Source: Octopus bimaculoides | Taxonomy: Eukaryota | Length of the DNA: 64,000 nucleotides | NCBI RefSeq assembly: GCF_001194135.2 | Contig: NC_068994.1 | Coordinates: 50,470,368-50,534,367, forward strand | Reading direction: 5' to 3' | Shown: positions 1 to 14,755 of the stretch, in pieces | Numbering within the stretch: the first letter of the stretch is position 1 | How the letters are laid out: every line of letters begins with the position of its first letter | Notes under the pieces: model-generated | The model's database searches: none | What the model saw: only the letters and a program-made list of their open reading frames with translations | Told to the model about the DNA's origin: nothing | Program-made: the position numbers and the translations under genes

Positions 1-524
1 TTTTTTTTTTTTTTTTTCATTCTTTTTGTATTCGAATTTTTTTTTTTTTCCTTCCCAAGAATGTTTATTCCGACTGCTGCAAAAATAAATCTCAGTTACA
101 AGACATATTATTCCACTACTCTAACCACACAATTATAGTTTTTCAGTTTTGTTTTGCAAGAATGGCAAAAACAAGGTCACTTGGTATTTAAGTGAGAAAC
201 GAGAACGGTTTAATGTTCATAGCTTTATTGAAACACTATTTATACCTCAATCTCAATGAGGAGATCAGTTATTGCTCAACAGTTGAACAAAATGAAACCA
301 ACAAAAGAAAAAGTTAATAAACAGAGAAAAAAACATAGGATTTAACAGTGAACAAAATATAATTTTTTTTTTTTTTTTTAAACTAGAAAATTTCATAGTT
401 CTCTCAAAATCACTCAACTGAATAGTGAAGAAAAAAAAACTTTTAAGAAAGAGATAAATAAATAAAATAAGTAAAGTTGTAATCATCATAGGAATATAAG
501 TGAAAATACCTTTTCAACATTAGA

Positions 525-560
<36 letters not shown>

Positions 561-1872
561 AAGAAAGCATTATTTAAATGAATTCTTTCATGACTAGAGA
601 ATGTAATTTAGGTTTGAAAATGACAGAAGTCTAAGAGCAGAAAGGAAATATAAAAAAAAAAGTGATAAAAATATTAAAATGAAATAAAATGAAATGAATA
701 TTTTAAAATGAAGTGCTAAAACAAAGCAAAAAAAAAAAGAAAAAGAAAAAAAATACACCCCGGAAAAACAAACATCTATGCATAGTGAATGATATATGTT
801 GGGGCTGGAGCTTTTAAACCTGAAAATGCAAATTAGGCATCAATCAGCAACTACTTCATACATGATGTGTGTAGATGCGGTAATACAATACAATTAGAAG
901 GAATAAATTACTTAGAGAGCTTCTTTAAGACAAACTTTCCAACCAAAATGTTCCATCAACTCTATTACGACTACTTAACGACGATGACAAAGACAACAAA
1001 AACAACAACAACACCATCAGACTTCAATTTGCAAACTAATAATAATAATAATAATAATAATAATGATAATAATGACTACTAAAGTCTACAATTGCTAATA
1101 TAAAAGCAAAAACAGAGGATGGAGAAAACGGAAAGAAAGAAAAAGGAAAAATCCAACATGTTGAAAGTGATATACAGAAAAGATATAAAGTAATAATAAT
1201 AATATAAATAACNNNNNNNNNNNNNNNNNNNNNNNNNNNNNNNNNNNNNNNNNNNNNNNNNNNNNNNNNNNNNNNNNNNNNNNNNNNNNNNNNNNNNNNN
1301 NNNNNNNNNNNNNNNNNNNNNNNNNNNNNNNNNNNNNNNNNNNNNNNNNNNNNNNNNNNNNNNNNNNNNNNNNNGGGGGGGGGGGGTAGTGAAGAATTTA
1401 GGATAGGCTTCGAGGAAGGCAGTATTGTCTAAGTAGAGAACATTAGTGTTAACCTCAGGTGATGTTAGAGATACAGGTTTCCACTCAGGTAACATGACAT
1501 CAGAGGCTGCTTTTGTGATCCACAAGTACTTTGTCCTTTTTAACAGTACAGTTTGCTTCCTCAAAATTCCTATCAGTTCGAAGTTGAACAACGAAACAAA
1601 GCCCATTGAGAAGTGGTGGAACAGAGAGAAAATTCTTGTAAGACTAAGTTCTTTCAGGCTGGAATCATGGGACATACAGACAGAGTCCACCCTAACACAC
1701 CAGTTAATATTAAGAAATGTAAACCTCTCAAGAGCCCAACCAAAAGCTCATGAAATATTATAGTGCCTCTATATAGACGCTTTATATGGTTGAATAACAA
1801 ACATTAAAATATCTCATCTCCCTCAAATAACACTTAAGTCTTTATTGTATGTATGTATGTATGTATGTGTGC

Positions 1873-1924
<52 letters not shown>

Positions 1925-1974
1925 TGGTGGTGGAGAGTGATCTTTGAACATTGGGCCTCATGGTGGTGATGACG

Positions 1975-2240
1975 TGTGACCAAAACCTTTGCTGGTATGC
2001 TGTGCTTGAGAAGACTCGTCAAGCCTAGTAAAACTATAGTTGTGGTCAATGCCAGTGCCACGTAACTGGCACCTGTGCTGGTGGCACATAAAAATTACCC
2101 ATTATATTCTTAAAGTGGTTGGCATTAGGAAGAGCATCCAGCCTTAGAAATCATGCCAAATCAGACAGGAACTTGGTCCAGCTCCAGCCAAACCATCCAA
2201 CTTATGCCAGCATGGAAAGCAGACAGTAAATGCTGATGAT
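1975..2240 (+). repeat. Interspersed repeat resembling an RTE-like 3' UTR tail; also at 9500-9795
   Basis: GTGGTTGGCATTAGGAAGAGCATCCAGCC...GCCAGCATGGAAAGC...(GAT)n is shared with 9500-9795, where the first module occurs twice. Confidence 0.65.
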
Positions 2241-2589
2241 ACACACACAAATACAGAAGAATGTAATTGTACATATACTGCCCAAGAAAAATACTAAATG
2301 GCGTTAAAACACCTGGTGATCCTTGGATACTACCTAATGACATCAATTCCTCTTGGCCACAGTTCCATACATATATATGTATATATATATTGAACAATGT
2401 GATTGTACATATAATGCCTGGGTAAAAGACATGATTAAGGCTAGAGAAGCTCTAGACATAGCCTGTTTGATCAAGAGTACCCTGAGGCTAAAAGCAACAA
2501 AATACAGGATGGCCAGATCACAGATCTGTCCTGTACAACTTCAGGGAAGTACTCAAGATTTTCTGGACCCACTGAGACTGGTCCATAAT

Positions 2590-2630
<41 letters not shown>

Positions 2631-2632
<2 letters not shown>

Positions 2633-2964
2633 GAGTGGCAGCATGGTAAGTAGCTTGCTTACCAACCACATGGTTCCAGGTTCAGTCCCACTATGTGGCA
2701 CCTTGGGCAAGTGTCTTCTACTATAGCCTCGGGCCAACCAAAGCCTTGTGAGTGGATTTGGTAGACGGAAACTGAAAGAAGCCCGTCATGTATATATATG
2801 TGCGTGTGTGTGTGTTCACGTCCCAGTAACTTAGTGGTTCGGCAAACGAGACCGATAGAATAAGTACTAGGCTCACAAACAACAAGTCCTGGGGTCGATT
2901 TGTTCGACTAAAAGGCGGTGCTCCAGCATGGCCGCAGTCAAATGACTGAAACAAATAAGAGAAT
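2631..2964 (+). mobile_element. tRNA-derived SINE, family A (CORE-like), near full length
   Basis: Degenerate A box TGGCAGCATGG, B box GGTTCAGTCCC, CCTTGGGCAAGTGTCTT core, central (TA/TG)n, and tail GCAGTCAAATGACTGAAACAA. Confidence 0.85.
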
Positions 2965-3892
2965 GCATATGTTCAACTTGGGCACTTGTAATATGGCACC
3001 TGTTAGAAATACATGGGCAGTAACATAGGAATGGAGGGGGGGTGCTGCACAGGGTTTTGAGGGGAGGGGCAGGAGAGAAGCAAGAAGGTGGAAAGATAGG
3101 AAGTGCCAAGTGGAGGTAGAACACAACCACGACAACTATTGCAGCATGAGAAATACACACACACACACACACACGTATATGCATGTGTTTGATATTTATG
3201 TAAATAATAATAATAATCAATACACGTACAAACAATAATAAAATCTGAAAGAAAATGTGATATCTCATCAACAAGAATTGAACAGCATTGAAATTGCCTG
3301 TCGGCGAGGCAAGTGATATAATTCAATTTACATTGTTGAGGTATTGTTGCATTTTCTTTATTCTCCTTCATCTCATATATGTATATTGATCCATACCATT
3401 TACATATTATTTACATAAATTATTCACTGAAACNNNNNNNNNNNNNNNNNNNNNNNNNNNNNNNNNNNNNNNNNNNNNNNNNNNNNNNNNNNNNNNNGCA
3501 TTAATAGAAACTATATTTGAGTCTGTTTCTGCAGTTATTTTATACATGTAAAATTCGCTTTGATAAATAGTGGCAAGCCATATTGAGCACTTTTCTTCTG
3601 AATGAAATCATTGAAATTTTGTTTATTTTCGCATGTATTATCTATTTTAAAGCTATTCAGCTGATAAAAATTTAAAAGAAAAACAAAAATGAAGAAAGAC
3701 CTCAAACACACTAAAAAAAAAACTACTTCAAAATGTAAGTTCTCACAATCTTTTGGTGACAATTTTTGGGTAACATCGCATTTCATAGACAACGTGATGC
3801 TGTCTTGACTAAGTGGAATCTCTACAACTCGAGACTTTTTAACTGCTCAATTAGTTGTTCATGTTAGTATAGTCACACCGCAAGTCACAATA

Positions 3893-4092
3893 GTGCCCTG
3901 CTCAAAAATTTGCAATGATACAAAGTCGCAGACAAGTGTACCCCCACTTACATATCTCTGATAGTAAAATAGTGTACCCAGATAAAATATCTATAATGGT
4001 ATCATTGCAGACAAAAGTACCCCCAGTCAAATATCAGCAATGAATGCAGACAAGTGTTCTCTACTCAAATATTTGCAATGGCACAGTTGCAG
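3893..4092. repeat. Degenerate minisatellite, about 5 units of roughly 40 bp
   Basis: Units begin GTGCCC/GTGTACCC/GTACCCC/GTGTTC, contain AAAT(A)T..GCAATG and mostly end GCAGACAA. Confidence 0.6.
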
Positions 4093-5156
4093 CCTTCACA
4101 TTTTAGATTATGAGAAAAAAAAAANNNNNNNNNNAAAAAAAAAAAAAAAAAATTAAAAAGACAGCCAAATCTCCCCCAAACAATAACTCACCAATGTTCT
4201 GTCTCACATCCACCTATTGTTGCTAGAGAAGATGCTGTTTCATTAAATAAGCAAACCAGAGTACAACTCCTACTTCAACACAATACATCTGCCTTTCTTT
4301 TTCTCATCCTCTCTACTATACCTCATTCCTTATACATGTCTTCCCAATCCTTTCTTCTTCAAATTGCAACTTTTCACAATACTCTTCCTACCCATATTTG
4401 TTTTTCCCTGGGAGCAGTATCTTTATAGAAAACTTTTAGATGATAGAATTAATGCATCACCCAGTTTAATACCCACACACAGACACCCCACCACCATGAT
4501 CTTGGGTACCTTGATGCATCATTTCCTATTACAAAAAAAAACTAATGTGTTGTTGAGGATGACAAATCCATCCTTTGCACCACTACACTCTCAGAGACAC
4601 TACAAAAGGTTGTGTGAGCCCCTGTCTTCAACAAACCAAGCAACAAAATAGATTTTTTTTTTTTTCAAGCTAAACATCACTAAACATCAAAAGCATGGTT
4701 GAGAGGGCCAGCAAGATCTATAGATACAGGCCCTTTTTACTGGATTAAATAATAATGTGTATGGGGTGGCAAGAGCAAGGAGCAGAACTGCTGTTGATGA
4801 GGTCCTTAACCAAATTATCTCCTATGTTTGCCATAAAAAAATTTTAAACAAAGTCAAGGATAGGTAGTCTCCTGGGGGGGGCCCATGACAAGGACAAAAA
4901 CATAACAGATAAAGGGATCTGACTGCAATAAGAAAGTGGTTATGCCAGCATATCTGTCCATGCACATGAATACATGCATGCAACTTAATTTCTGCACTGA
5001 AGTATACAAAAAAAAACTATATATATATATATATATGAAGAAAAATCAAAACCAGTACAAGTCACTAATGTATTGCTACACAACAAATGTGGAAACACCT
5101 CAGCATTGCCGCCACCAGAGCCTCACCAGATACAACAACAAGAACAACGCAGGCTA

Positions 5157-5321
<165 letters not shown>

Positions 5322-5362
5322 TTAATTATTTTCAAAATCATTTAACACATTATGTACATTAA

Positions 5363-5580
5363 GCCTTTAGCATTTAAACCGATCATATCTGGCCAAAATA
5401 TTCTGCTTGTTTTATGTGCTAACCGGCCAGATCTGGCCTCTCACATCAACTCTACAATATCATTCTAAAAATTAACAGTTAACCCATCAATATCTCAAAG
5501 CAGCAAAATAATGCATGGTTAATTCAAAACAACATGAATAAATAAGCATTACTTTTGACACTAATCTGAATGCTAAAGGG
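5363..5580. mobile_element. piggyBac-type MITE, family P1
   Basis: TTAA|(g)CCTTTAGCATT...AATGCTAAAGGG|TTAA, 218 bp. The internal sequence is shared with 29712-29920 and 18645-18841. Confidence 0.85.
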
Positions 5581-6145
5581 TTAATCTATACACGTGTTTT
5601 TTTACAAGTACGTGTGTATGTAAGCATGTATTTGCAAGTGTATGCTCATGTGCATATATATAAGTGTGTGATCATTATTTTAAAATCTACTTTTCATCTC
5701 TTGCAAGCCATACACACTCACATGCTTACACACACAGTTTAATACAGTTTATTGTTTTTCATTTTTTACTGCCTAACTTCAGGAATCCAATATGTAACCG
5801 ATTCCTAAATGTAAACAGTAATGTAGCAAATTAGCATTCCCAATTTCTCAAATGCTAATTTGTTTTCTGCACCGAAAATAATCAAATCAAATGCAATGAC
5901 TTCTAACAAACGTTTAATAAAAACAGGTCTGAATCTAAGAAGATTAGAGAAAACTTTGGATTTTTTATATAAACCCTATTCAATCGATTAAATACAGTGA
6001 TTCTAAGATATTCATACAGGGATACACTTTCCAATCTTTCACAATAAACAATTTTAATATCATTTAAGGCCATTGTTATGTTACATTCCTTTAAATTTCA
6101 TATCTAAACAATGCTTTGATCTTGAAAAGAGGAATTTATATATAT

Positions 6146-6394
6146 TCCTTTATTTGTTTCAGTCATTTGACTGTGGCCATGCTGGAGCACCGCCTTTTAG
6201 TCGAATAAATTGACCCCAGGACCTATTCTTTATAAGCCTAGTACTTATTCTGTCAGTCTTTTTTGCCAAACCACTAAGTTACGGAGATGTTGACACACCA
6301 GTATCAGTTGTCAAGCGATGGGGGGGGACACACACACACACACAAATGTGTGTGTGTGTTTCTTTCAGTTTCTGTCTACCAAATCCACTCACAA
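6146..6394 (-). mobile_element. SINE family A, 5'-truncated
   Basis: Reverse complement of the family A body and tail (TTGTTTCAGTCATTTGACTGTGGCCATGCTGGAGCACCGCC...). Confidence 0.85.
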
Positions 6395-6496
6395 CAAACT
6401 TTAAGAAACAGCTTTTGTATTTAGAAAAATGGGGAAAGTAATGAATTGATGTTTGATAAAATGGTGATATTTCTTCATTCAGGAAATGAAGAATCA

Positions 6497-6772
<276 letters not shown>

Positions 6773-7433
6773 TTAGTCTCAATTATCTCCCTTAGCCACT
6801 TCGTTAACGCGAGAAACAATTTTTCTGTTAGAATTAATATTCACAAAGCTATTTCTTTTATGACAATAGTGTGGAAAAATAAACTGAATAAACTTAAGCT
6901 CAATTTTGTGGCAATACGAAATTATTCGTAACCCATTTCGAATTTCATAAATATTACTTTCTGATTTATTTTAAAATCAAATAAACATGTGGGCCCAAAA
7001 TTAATAAATAAAATTGTAATAGACATGGCTTTCCTAAACCTATTATTATACCGTTTTGTTATTAGGTCACATAACCTTTAACCTTCAATCAATGAGCACT
7101 ACAACCACAGGTACCTTTAGCACAGTTTTCTCTTGCAAGTATCCTGACCGGATTCTTAGCAGGGGGTTACTTCACTTCATGACATGGCCATACCCTCTGC
7201 ACATTCCTAGATATGTTAAAAATTTAAAACCCACTGTACCTGCACCATCCTCTTTCCACTTCTCTAACATCCAGGGACTCCAGTCTAACCTACACACTAC
7301 ACACCATCTCATGTTAACAGGCAAAACTCTCATCTTGCTCCCGTCCTATACACAAACTGCTCAGACCAAGTCCTTCACTGCCGCCCAGGCTTCACACTTT
7401 ACTAAAATTTCATACTGAAAGATGACGGCTGCA

Positions 7434-7569
7434 CAGATGTGGCCAAAAGTTTGGAACAGAGGTCTGAAAATTAGAATGTTTACATTAAATGCCCAAATAT
7501 CGATTTGTACTTGGGCATAACAATTTCAATTTAAAAACAAATGTTCCAGACTTTTTGCCCATACCACTG
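7434..7569. mobile_element. Degenerate Tc1-like MITE
   Basis: Imperfect inverted ends CAGATGTGGCCAAAAGTTTGGAACA / TGTTCCAGACTTTTTGCCCATACCACTG. The TA TSD is not preserved. Confidence 0.5.
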
Positions 7570-7846
7570 CACTCCATTCACCCTTGCTAGCCGTTCCTGG
7601 TACAATATTTTGTTGCACTGTTAGTCTGTCTGTCTGACAAGAGAAAATCGCTATGAGGTTCTACTAGCAAGAAATATTGGCTAAATATCACACATAGTAT
7701 AGTTCAAGGTACCTTTTAAAAGGTGGGATGGTAATATTTAGAAAGCCCTTAACCATAGCTCGATCTTATGCTACACAATAAAATGCTTTCAGCCATCTTC
7801 AAGCCCAAGTTTACAACTAAAACCAGTCTCACTGCCTCAATCATCA

Positions 7847-8167
<321 letters not shown>

Positions 8168-11100
8168 TCACAGACCCTTTTAAACTGGTAAGACTGGTGC
8201 ATTTCATGCCCAGTTTCAACATATGCAGGATACAAGAGGGATGTAACATGATCTCAAGCTGAAGTCACTTCACTTCACTTGTTCTATTAATGGGGAAAAA
8301 TATGCTAGCCTTCAACTAGTCAAAATGAAATAGCAGTAACTTTTCTTTTACTTTTTAAGGTAATAGCCGCTATACAGTATCCTCAACCACAAAGATAAAT
8401 AGTTACCTGATGCTTGGCTAAACTATCAGAAGTGATTTTTGTTAAGATTCGGTAATTAATAAATAACACACAGAGCATCTAGCAATAAAGACAATTATTC
8501 CTACAATTAACCAGTTTGAGAAACTGAGTAACCAAGTAAAGAGACAATACTGGCTGGCATCTCTTAATCAATGAAGTTCTATTGTCATAACAATGCCTCT
8601 CATTGGTTCAGTTTACCCAACAATCTAAGTTGGCAAAAATTCTATAGTCATATCAATGCCATATGGAGATAAAAAAGAATAGAAAAAATAGAAAAGAAAA
8701 CAAACAGAAGACAGTTGTTAAAATATTAGAGGAGTAACATAATAAAAAATTTGTGAACTGATGATGAAAATAATTTTTTTTAAATTTCTATTTCACAAAA
8801 ATAAAATTTAAATTATAATATTTAAAAATGAATAAAGAAAAAAAACAACCATTACAGCAAACTATTCTAAAAATGGATATATTATAAGCGTGTGTCAAGA
8901 ATATCTCCATTGTAACCACAGCCGTTTCATAAATATGGAAATGACAGGAAACAAATAGCTATAACCCAAACCATTGTTTAGGTTATAGCAACACCCACTC
9001 ACTCACTCACATCAGACAGCAAAACTTGCCAAGCATAAGCATTCCTCTTCAGAAAAAGACGGAGGTTCCTAGACTATAAAGCATAATGACATTGACACAG
9101 ATATACATAAACATATATGTAGATGCCTTATAAACAGATGTACAAAACTCTGTACATATAAACATACAGAGATTCAGATGCTGGCAAAAAAACAAAAATA
9201 CAAGGAAAATAATTTCCTTAGATAAGAGTAGAATGGAAGTTGCTTTGTACTGACATTGTAGTTACATGTTACATAAAGCCTTATATATGTTGCCCAGTGC
9301 AAGATTTGCACCCAAATTCATCAACATATATTAAAACTACATCTGGTACATTAGGCTATGTATCCTGCATTGCAATGATTTCCTTCAACACGACACAAGT
9401 TTTGTGTGTGTGAGTGTGTGTATAAACGCATACAAGATCCTCTCCTCCAATGCCCCCGCCCCTTTCAAAATTCTTTGTTTTGCAAGTTACTTTGCAAGTT
9501 ACTTGGTGACCCTGCTGGTGCTAAGTGGCACGTAAAATGCAACCAGTCTACGTTGTAAAGTGGTTGGCATTTGGAAGGGCATTCAGTTGTGAAAATCATA
9601 CCAAAACTGACCTTGCCTGTGCTGGTACCACGTAAAAAGCACCGAGTCCACTCTGTGGAGTGGTTGGTGTTAGGAAGGGAATGCAGCTGTAAAACTCTAC
9701 CAAAACAGACACAGTAGCCTGGGGTAGTTTTCTACCTGGCCAGCTACTGTCAGCTGCCCTACCCATGCATGCATGGAAGATAGATTATGATGATGATAAT
9801 CCATGCTGGAGCACTGCCTTTAGTCAAACAAATCGACCCCAAGACTTATTCTTTGTGAGCCTAGTGCTTATTCTGATGATACAATTTTTATCAAACATGG
9901 AGAGAAGCAAGATTAATCCTGGCAGGGTTTCATATTAAAACAAATGACAACATTAAATACTGTAATAGGATTTAGCATGAAAGCCTACCATTTCTATTTG
10001 CAATTCTACTAAAACAAATGAGCGAAACAAAGACCTTCTAGTCACTTAAACTACCAGAAATAGCCATCAAATCTCCCTCAAATCACACTCTACTATCTCA
10101 AAGAAAAAGAAGGCCCATTGGATATACAAAAGGGCAAGATGGTCATGGATACTATATCTGATCATGGATCTACTCGATTAGAGCCGACCTGAATTTACAA
10201 TAATGACAACAATTTCCTACATTGAAAACATTACAACTTTATAAAGTAGGGACATAATTGAAGGAAACAACCCTCCCACCATTGTCACAGACACTCCCAA
10301 CATCCATATTTCTCAGAAAATGAATGAGAGATGAAGATGAAGCTAACACCAATTATAGCTGATGGACGCATAACAGAAATGGGGACAACTAAAAACCTGG
10401 AAGCAATTACTCTAAAACCTTACTGTAAAAAAATCAGTGCTGCTCCATCAATGATAAATGCAGAGCGAAGTTGGAATTCAAAAAATATTTTGAACTGAAC
10501 TTAAAAAAGAAAGAAGCGCACATGAAGGAAGACAAGCGAATAAAAACAATGATTACAAAATGGGAAGTTTTTAGTAATCTTAATACAACAGAAAGAAAAG
10601 AAATGAAAGGAAAAGAAAAAGTCAACAACAAAGGCAAGCACTCGTTCTAAGTAACATAGACTCGAATAGGAATTACAAATCTATCTTGGTCAGGTTAATT
10701 AACCAATGAGTCAGCACCACCTTGGCTTCTTTCTCATAAACAGAAAGACAAAATGTACCAATGAGCTGTACAACCTCAGAACATGTCATTAAATTGTCAT
10801 GCTCAACAGCGAGCCATTTAAATTAAATTTCTATTGTATAACACCACCACCACCACCACCACCCTGGTATCAGCTTTTATTCCCAGCAGCCTTTGACTGA
10901 CATTCTGAGCCTCGTACCTAGACACACTCCTCCTACCTACATTATAAATACATAAAAAGAAAAGACTACCCACCAGTAGTGAAGGCAACTACTGTATTTA
11001 ACTGGGCACTTAAGAAACCCAACTATATACATTAAAAGGTTTCTACTGCACAGACAGGGACATTGTGCCCCACAAGCTACAGCAAAAGTCAACTCATTTA

Positions 11101-11303
11101 AGAAAACAGTAGAGGAAACTATCTAAAACAAGTGGTGGCTATATGGATAAGAACACTGGAACTCTTATTTGATAAGGCACATTCAAATATAATTGGTTAA
11201 GAAAATCTTATAGAAGAGTGGTCTAGAGGAGAAGAACTAAGTTTGTGAATTTAATCCTAGCCTAAGGACTGTCATAAATACATAAAGTAGGTCGTTCTTA
11301 TAA

Positions 11304-11665
11304 TTATTACCTCCACCTTAGCGAAGGTATTGTTTTCAGTTGCATTTGCTTGTTTGTCCATGGACAAGATATTTCAAGAACCACTTGATGGATTCAGACA
11401 AAACTTTCAGGAGTGTTTGGCCTTGTGACTGGTGCAAACTGATTAGATTCTGGGATCAATCCAGTACCAGACAAGGATACTGGATTATTTTTCCTGTTTT
11501 TTATTTAATTTTTGAGAGCAGTTGGGTTCATTTTCAGTGTTCTCATTTGTGAGAGCAGTCGAGTTTATTTCAGATATTCTCATTTTAAAAAATCATCTCT
11601 GGCTAATCGTGGAGAGGACGTTGGTGTTGCCTTGGTGGAGGTTTGCGCTCTCTCAGTGCTCTTGC
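11304..11665 (+). mobile_element. Helentron/HINE-like non-autonomous element
   Basis: Starts ATTACCTCCACC..., has a subterminal inverted CCTTGGTGGAGG near the 3' end followed by TTTGCGCTCTCTCAGTGCT, and sits in a T-rich context. This is the architecture of Helentron-associated elements. Confidence 0.55.
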
Positions 11666-12402
11666 TTTTACTAGTTTCAGTCATTTGACTGTGGTCAGTT
11701 ATTTCAGCTTAATACTGATTATATAAAATCACTATTTTATCAACTGGCTAGGTCATCCTTAACATAAAGGGCCACAACTTGACAGTTTTTTGTATACCAA
11801 TGCAGACACACACACACACACACATCATAGGCTTCTACACAACTTCTATCTACCAAATTCCATTCACAAGGCATCAGTCAACACATGGTGATAATAGAAC
11901 ACTTGCTCAAACTGCCATGGAGTGCAATCAAACCCAGAACCCGGTGGTTGCAAAGCAATTTCTTAGCCACATGACTAGCTCTGTCTATGTCATGACAATG
12001 AAAAAATATATTAAACATTTCAAAATGTAATGTTTTTCACAAAACAGAAAAGATGAGGAGATTAGCAGCCCAAGATAAAAAAATTATTTAATCATTAGGT
12101 AATGTGAGCTGACGATAATGAATTTTAGAATGATTACATAGATCCCTTGTGCACAAGCATTAGACTTCGGGGTAAATCTGAAGAGATATTAAAACAAATA
12201 AGTCTTCCCAACACAGAACAAGTGGCATTTTACTTGCTTGTTGCTGTAACTGGATGTGGAGGACAGCTAAAGAAGTCAACATGTCTTCCATGTATTGGCT
12301 ATTTCACAATATCACTTGAGATTTTCAAAAATGGACACAAAAAAAAAAATCAAAACAAATATGAAAAACCACAAAAATAAGGGAAAATACAAAACAGAAT
12401 TA

Positions 12403-12600
<198 letters not shown>

Positions 12601-12819
12601 TTAGTTTTGAAACAAACCAAGTAATAAAGGAATGCAGTTCTTAATGATTAATGGTTTGAAGAAGATGAGTTTTCATCAAAACATACATTTAATACACAAA
12701 AATACAATACAATACAAAACAATTCAATGAAGGAACCTGCATAAATTACTCAGGTTGGTAAGAAATAGTAGCCGAATTGCTCTCATATCTTGAAAAAAAC
12801 TGGTGTTTCATTTATCTTT

Positions 12820-13140
12820 TATCTTTCACTTGTTTTAGTCATTAGACTGCGGCCATGAAGGGGCACTGCCTTGAAGAATTTATAGTTGAATGAACCGTTT
12901 TCAGTACTTGTTTTTTTTTTTTTTTTTAAAGCCAGGTACTTATTCTAACAGTCGCTTTTGCAGAACCACTAAGTTACAGGAATGTAAACATACCCACACC
13001 CATTGCCAAGCGGTGGTGGGGACAAACACAGGCTTCTTCTGGTTTCCATCTACCAAATCCACTCACAAGACTTTGGTTGACCCAAGGCTATAGAAGACTA
13101 TACAGTTGAGAAGCAAGCTTCTTACCACACATCCACACCT
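12820..13140 (-). mobile_element. SINE family A, degenerate
   Basis: Reverse-complement tail, body and part of the tRNA-like head (CTTCTTACCACAC). Confidence 0.75.
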
Positions 13141-14697
13141 ATTTACTTGCATATAAGTTATAACCCTATATTACTGTTAAATCTTGGTACGAAATTCTTT
13201 ACCTTTATAGCCTTAACCTTACTCTGTGCATAAGTCACACCCCAGTTTCTCCCAGTTAAAATCAAGTACAAGATAGTGTAACTTATACACAAGTAAACAT
13301 GGTATATTAATAAAAAGAAAAAAAGATATATTGCATATGTAACCCTATACGCATAGTGTTTCAAGGTGTGGTGATGGCCAGAAAGACTACAATCAAAAGA
13401 ATCAAGAGACCACAACAATGATCTGGTGGCTAATAGCATCTCAAGTTATGCAAGCAGACCAATGTAACATCTGCAATGCAAACTGAGCCCACAACCCATA
13501 ATGTATACCGCCCAATGCCACCCTTGTTTAGCTGTTTAGTTCTTATATAACTTTGAAGTCCTTGATCTTTCACTTTTTAGTACTAAGACAGAGGTGAAGC
13601 AAAACCATTTTCATTCCAAGTTATTAGCACATAAATTAAGTTGCATATTTTGTTATATTTTTCCATTGTTACTTCCATTCAAAAGCATTCTTTCGAGGGT
13701 GGATGCATCTATAACCTACCCAAAACACCTGGTGTGTCTGGTGTGAGTGTAACATCAAGTAAAAAAACATACACTGCAGATGCTTTTTGTTACATAACCC
13801 AATATGGTGAAATAAAGCAGGCATAGTTGTTACTGCCTGACAATGAAGTTTTCATTTTCTTCTTGCGTTTTAATTTCAAGTATTAAACTTCAAACCAAGC
13901 TGCACGCTTCTAGATACAAACAAATACAAAAACAACTGTCCTGTTTTGATCAACTTCAAACAAATTCACATTGTTATTCCAGGCATGGGTGTGTGATTAT
14001 GAAGTTCGCTTCCCAAGATGATTTGGGGTTCAATATCACTGCACGGCACTGTAGGTAAGTGTCTTCTACTTATGCCATGGGTTGACCAAAAACTTATGAT
14101 TTAATAGAATCTGGAAGAAGCCTCTGTGTGTGTGTGTGTGTGTTTATGAACAGACACACATGCCACCTTGTCTTGATATCACATGATCATTGTAAACAAG
14201 CATCACCATCGTATATACAGTGTTGTTTGTTTCCATTCTTCTGTAAAAGCAAATCCGAACATGGGGGAAGTATTAGCTTGTTTGGAAACAGGTGAGTGTT
14301 GGTGACAGGAAGAGCATTCAGCCATAGGCAATCTGTCTTAATTTCATGTGACCAATTATGAAGCATGGAAAAATGGACTTCAACTCCATCTTCCCCCTGT
14401 GTTACAACAAGAAAGGCCAAAATTAAACAACTGAAAACCCGAAAATAAACATCAGAGAATCTAAACTGTGAAACAGACTCACCCAAGACTATATAACATT
14501 TAAAAAATAGATTTTTTTTTCTCAACAACTTAAATGTACTAGAATTAGTAGAGGTACCCTAGTGTTAATATAAACGTCACTGAAATTAATTTAATGAGGT
14601 GAAAAAAAAAAAAGGACACAAAATAGATATATCATCAACAAATATAAAAACAAATATGTATATCACATACATGTATACATACATGTATACATATATA

Positions 14698-14755
<58 letters not shown>

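Noticed and set aside
3893-4092. CRISPR-like repeat-spacer appearance
   Set aside because: Units are degenerate along their whole length, there are no unique spacers or cas genes, and the context is a eukaryotic intron.
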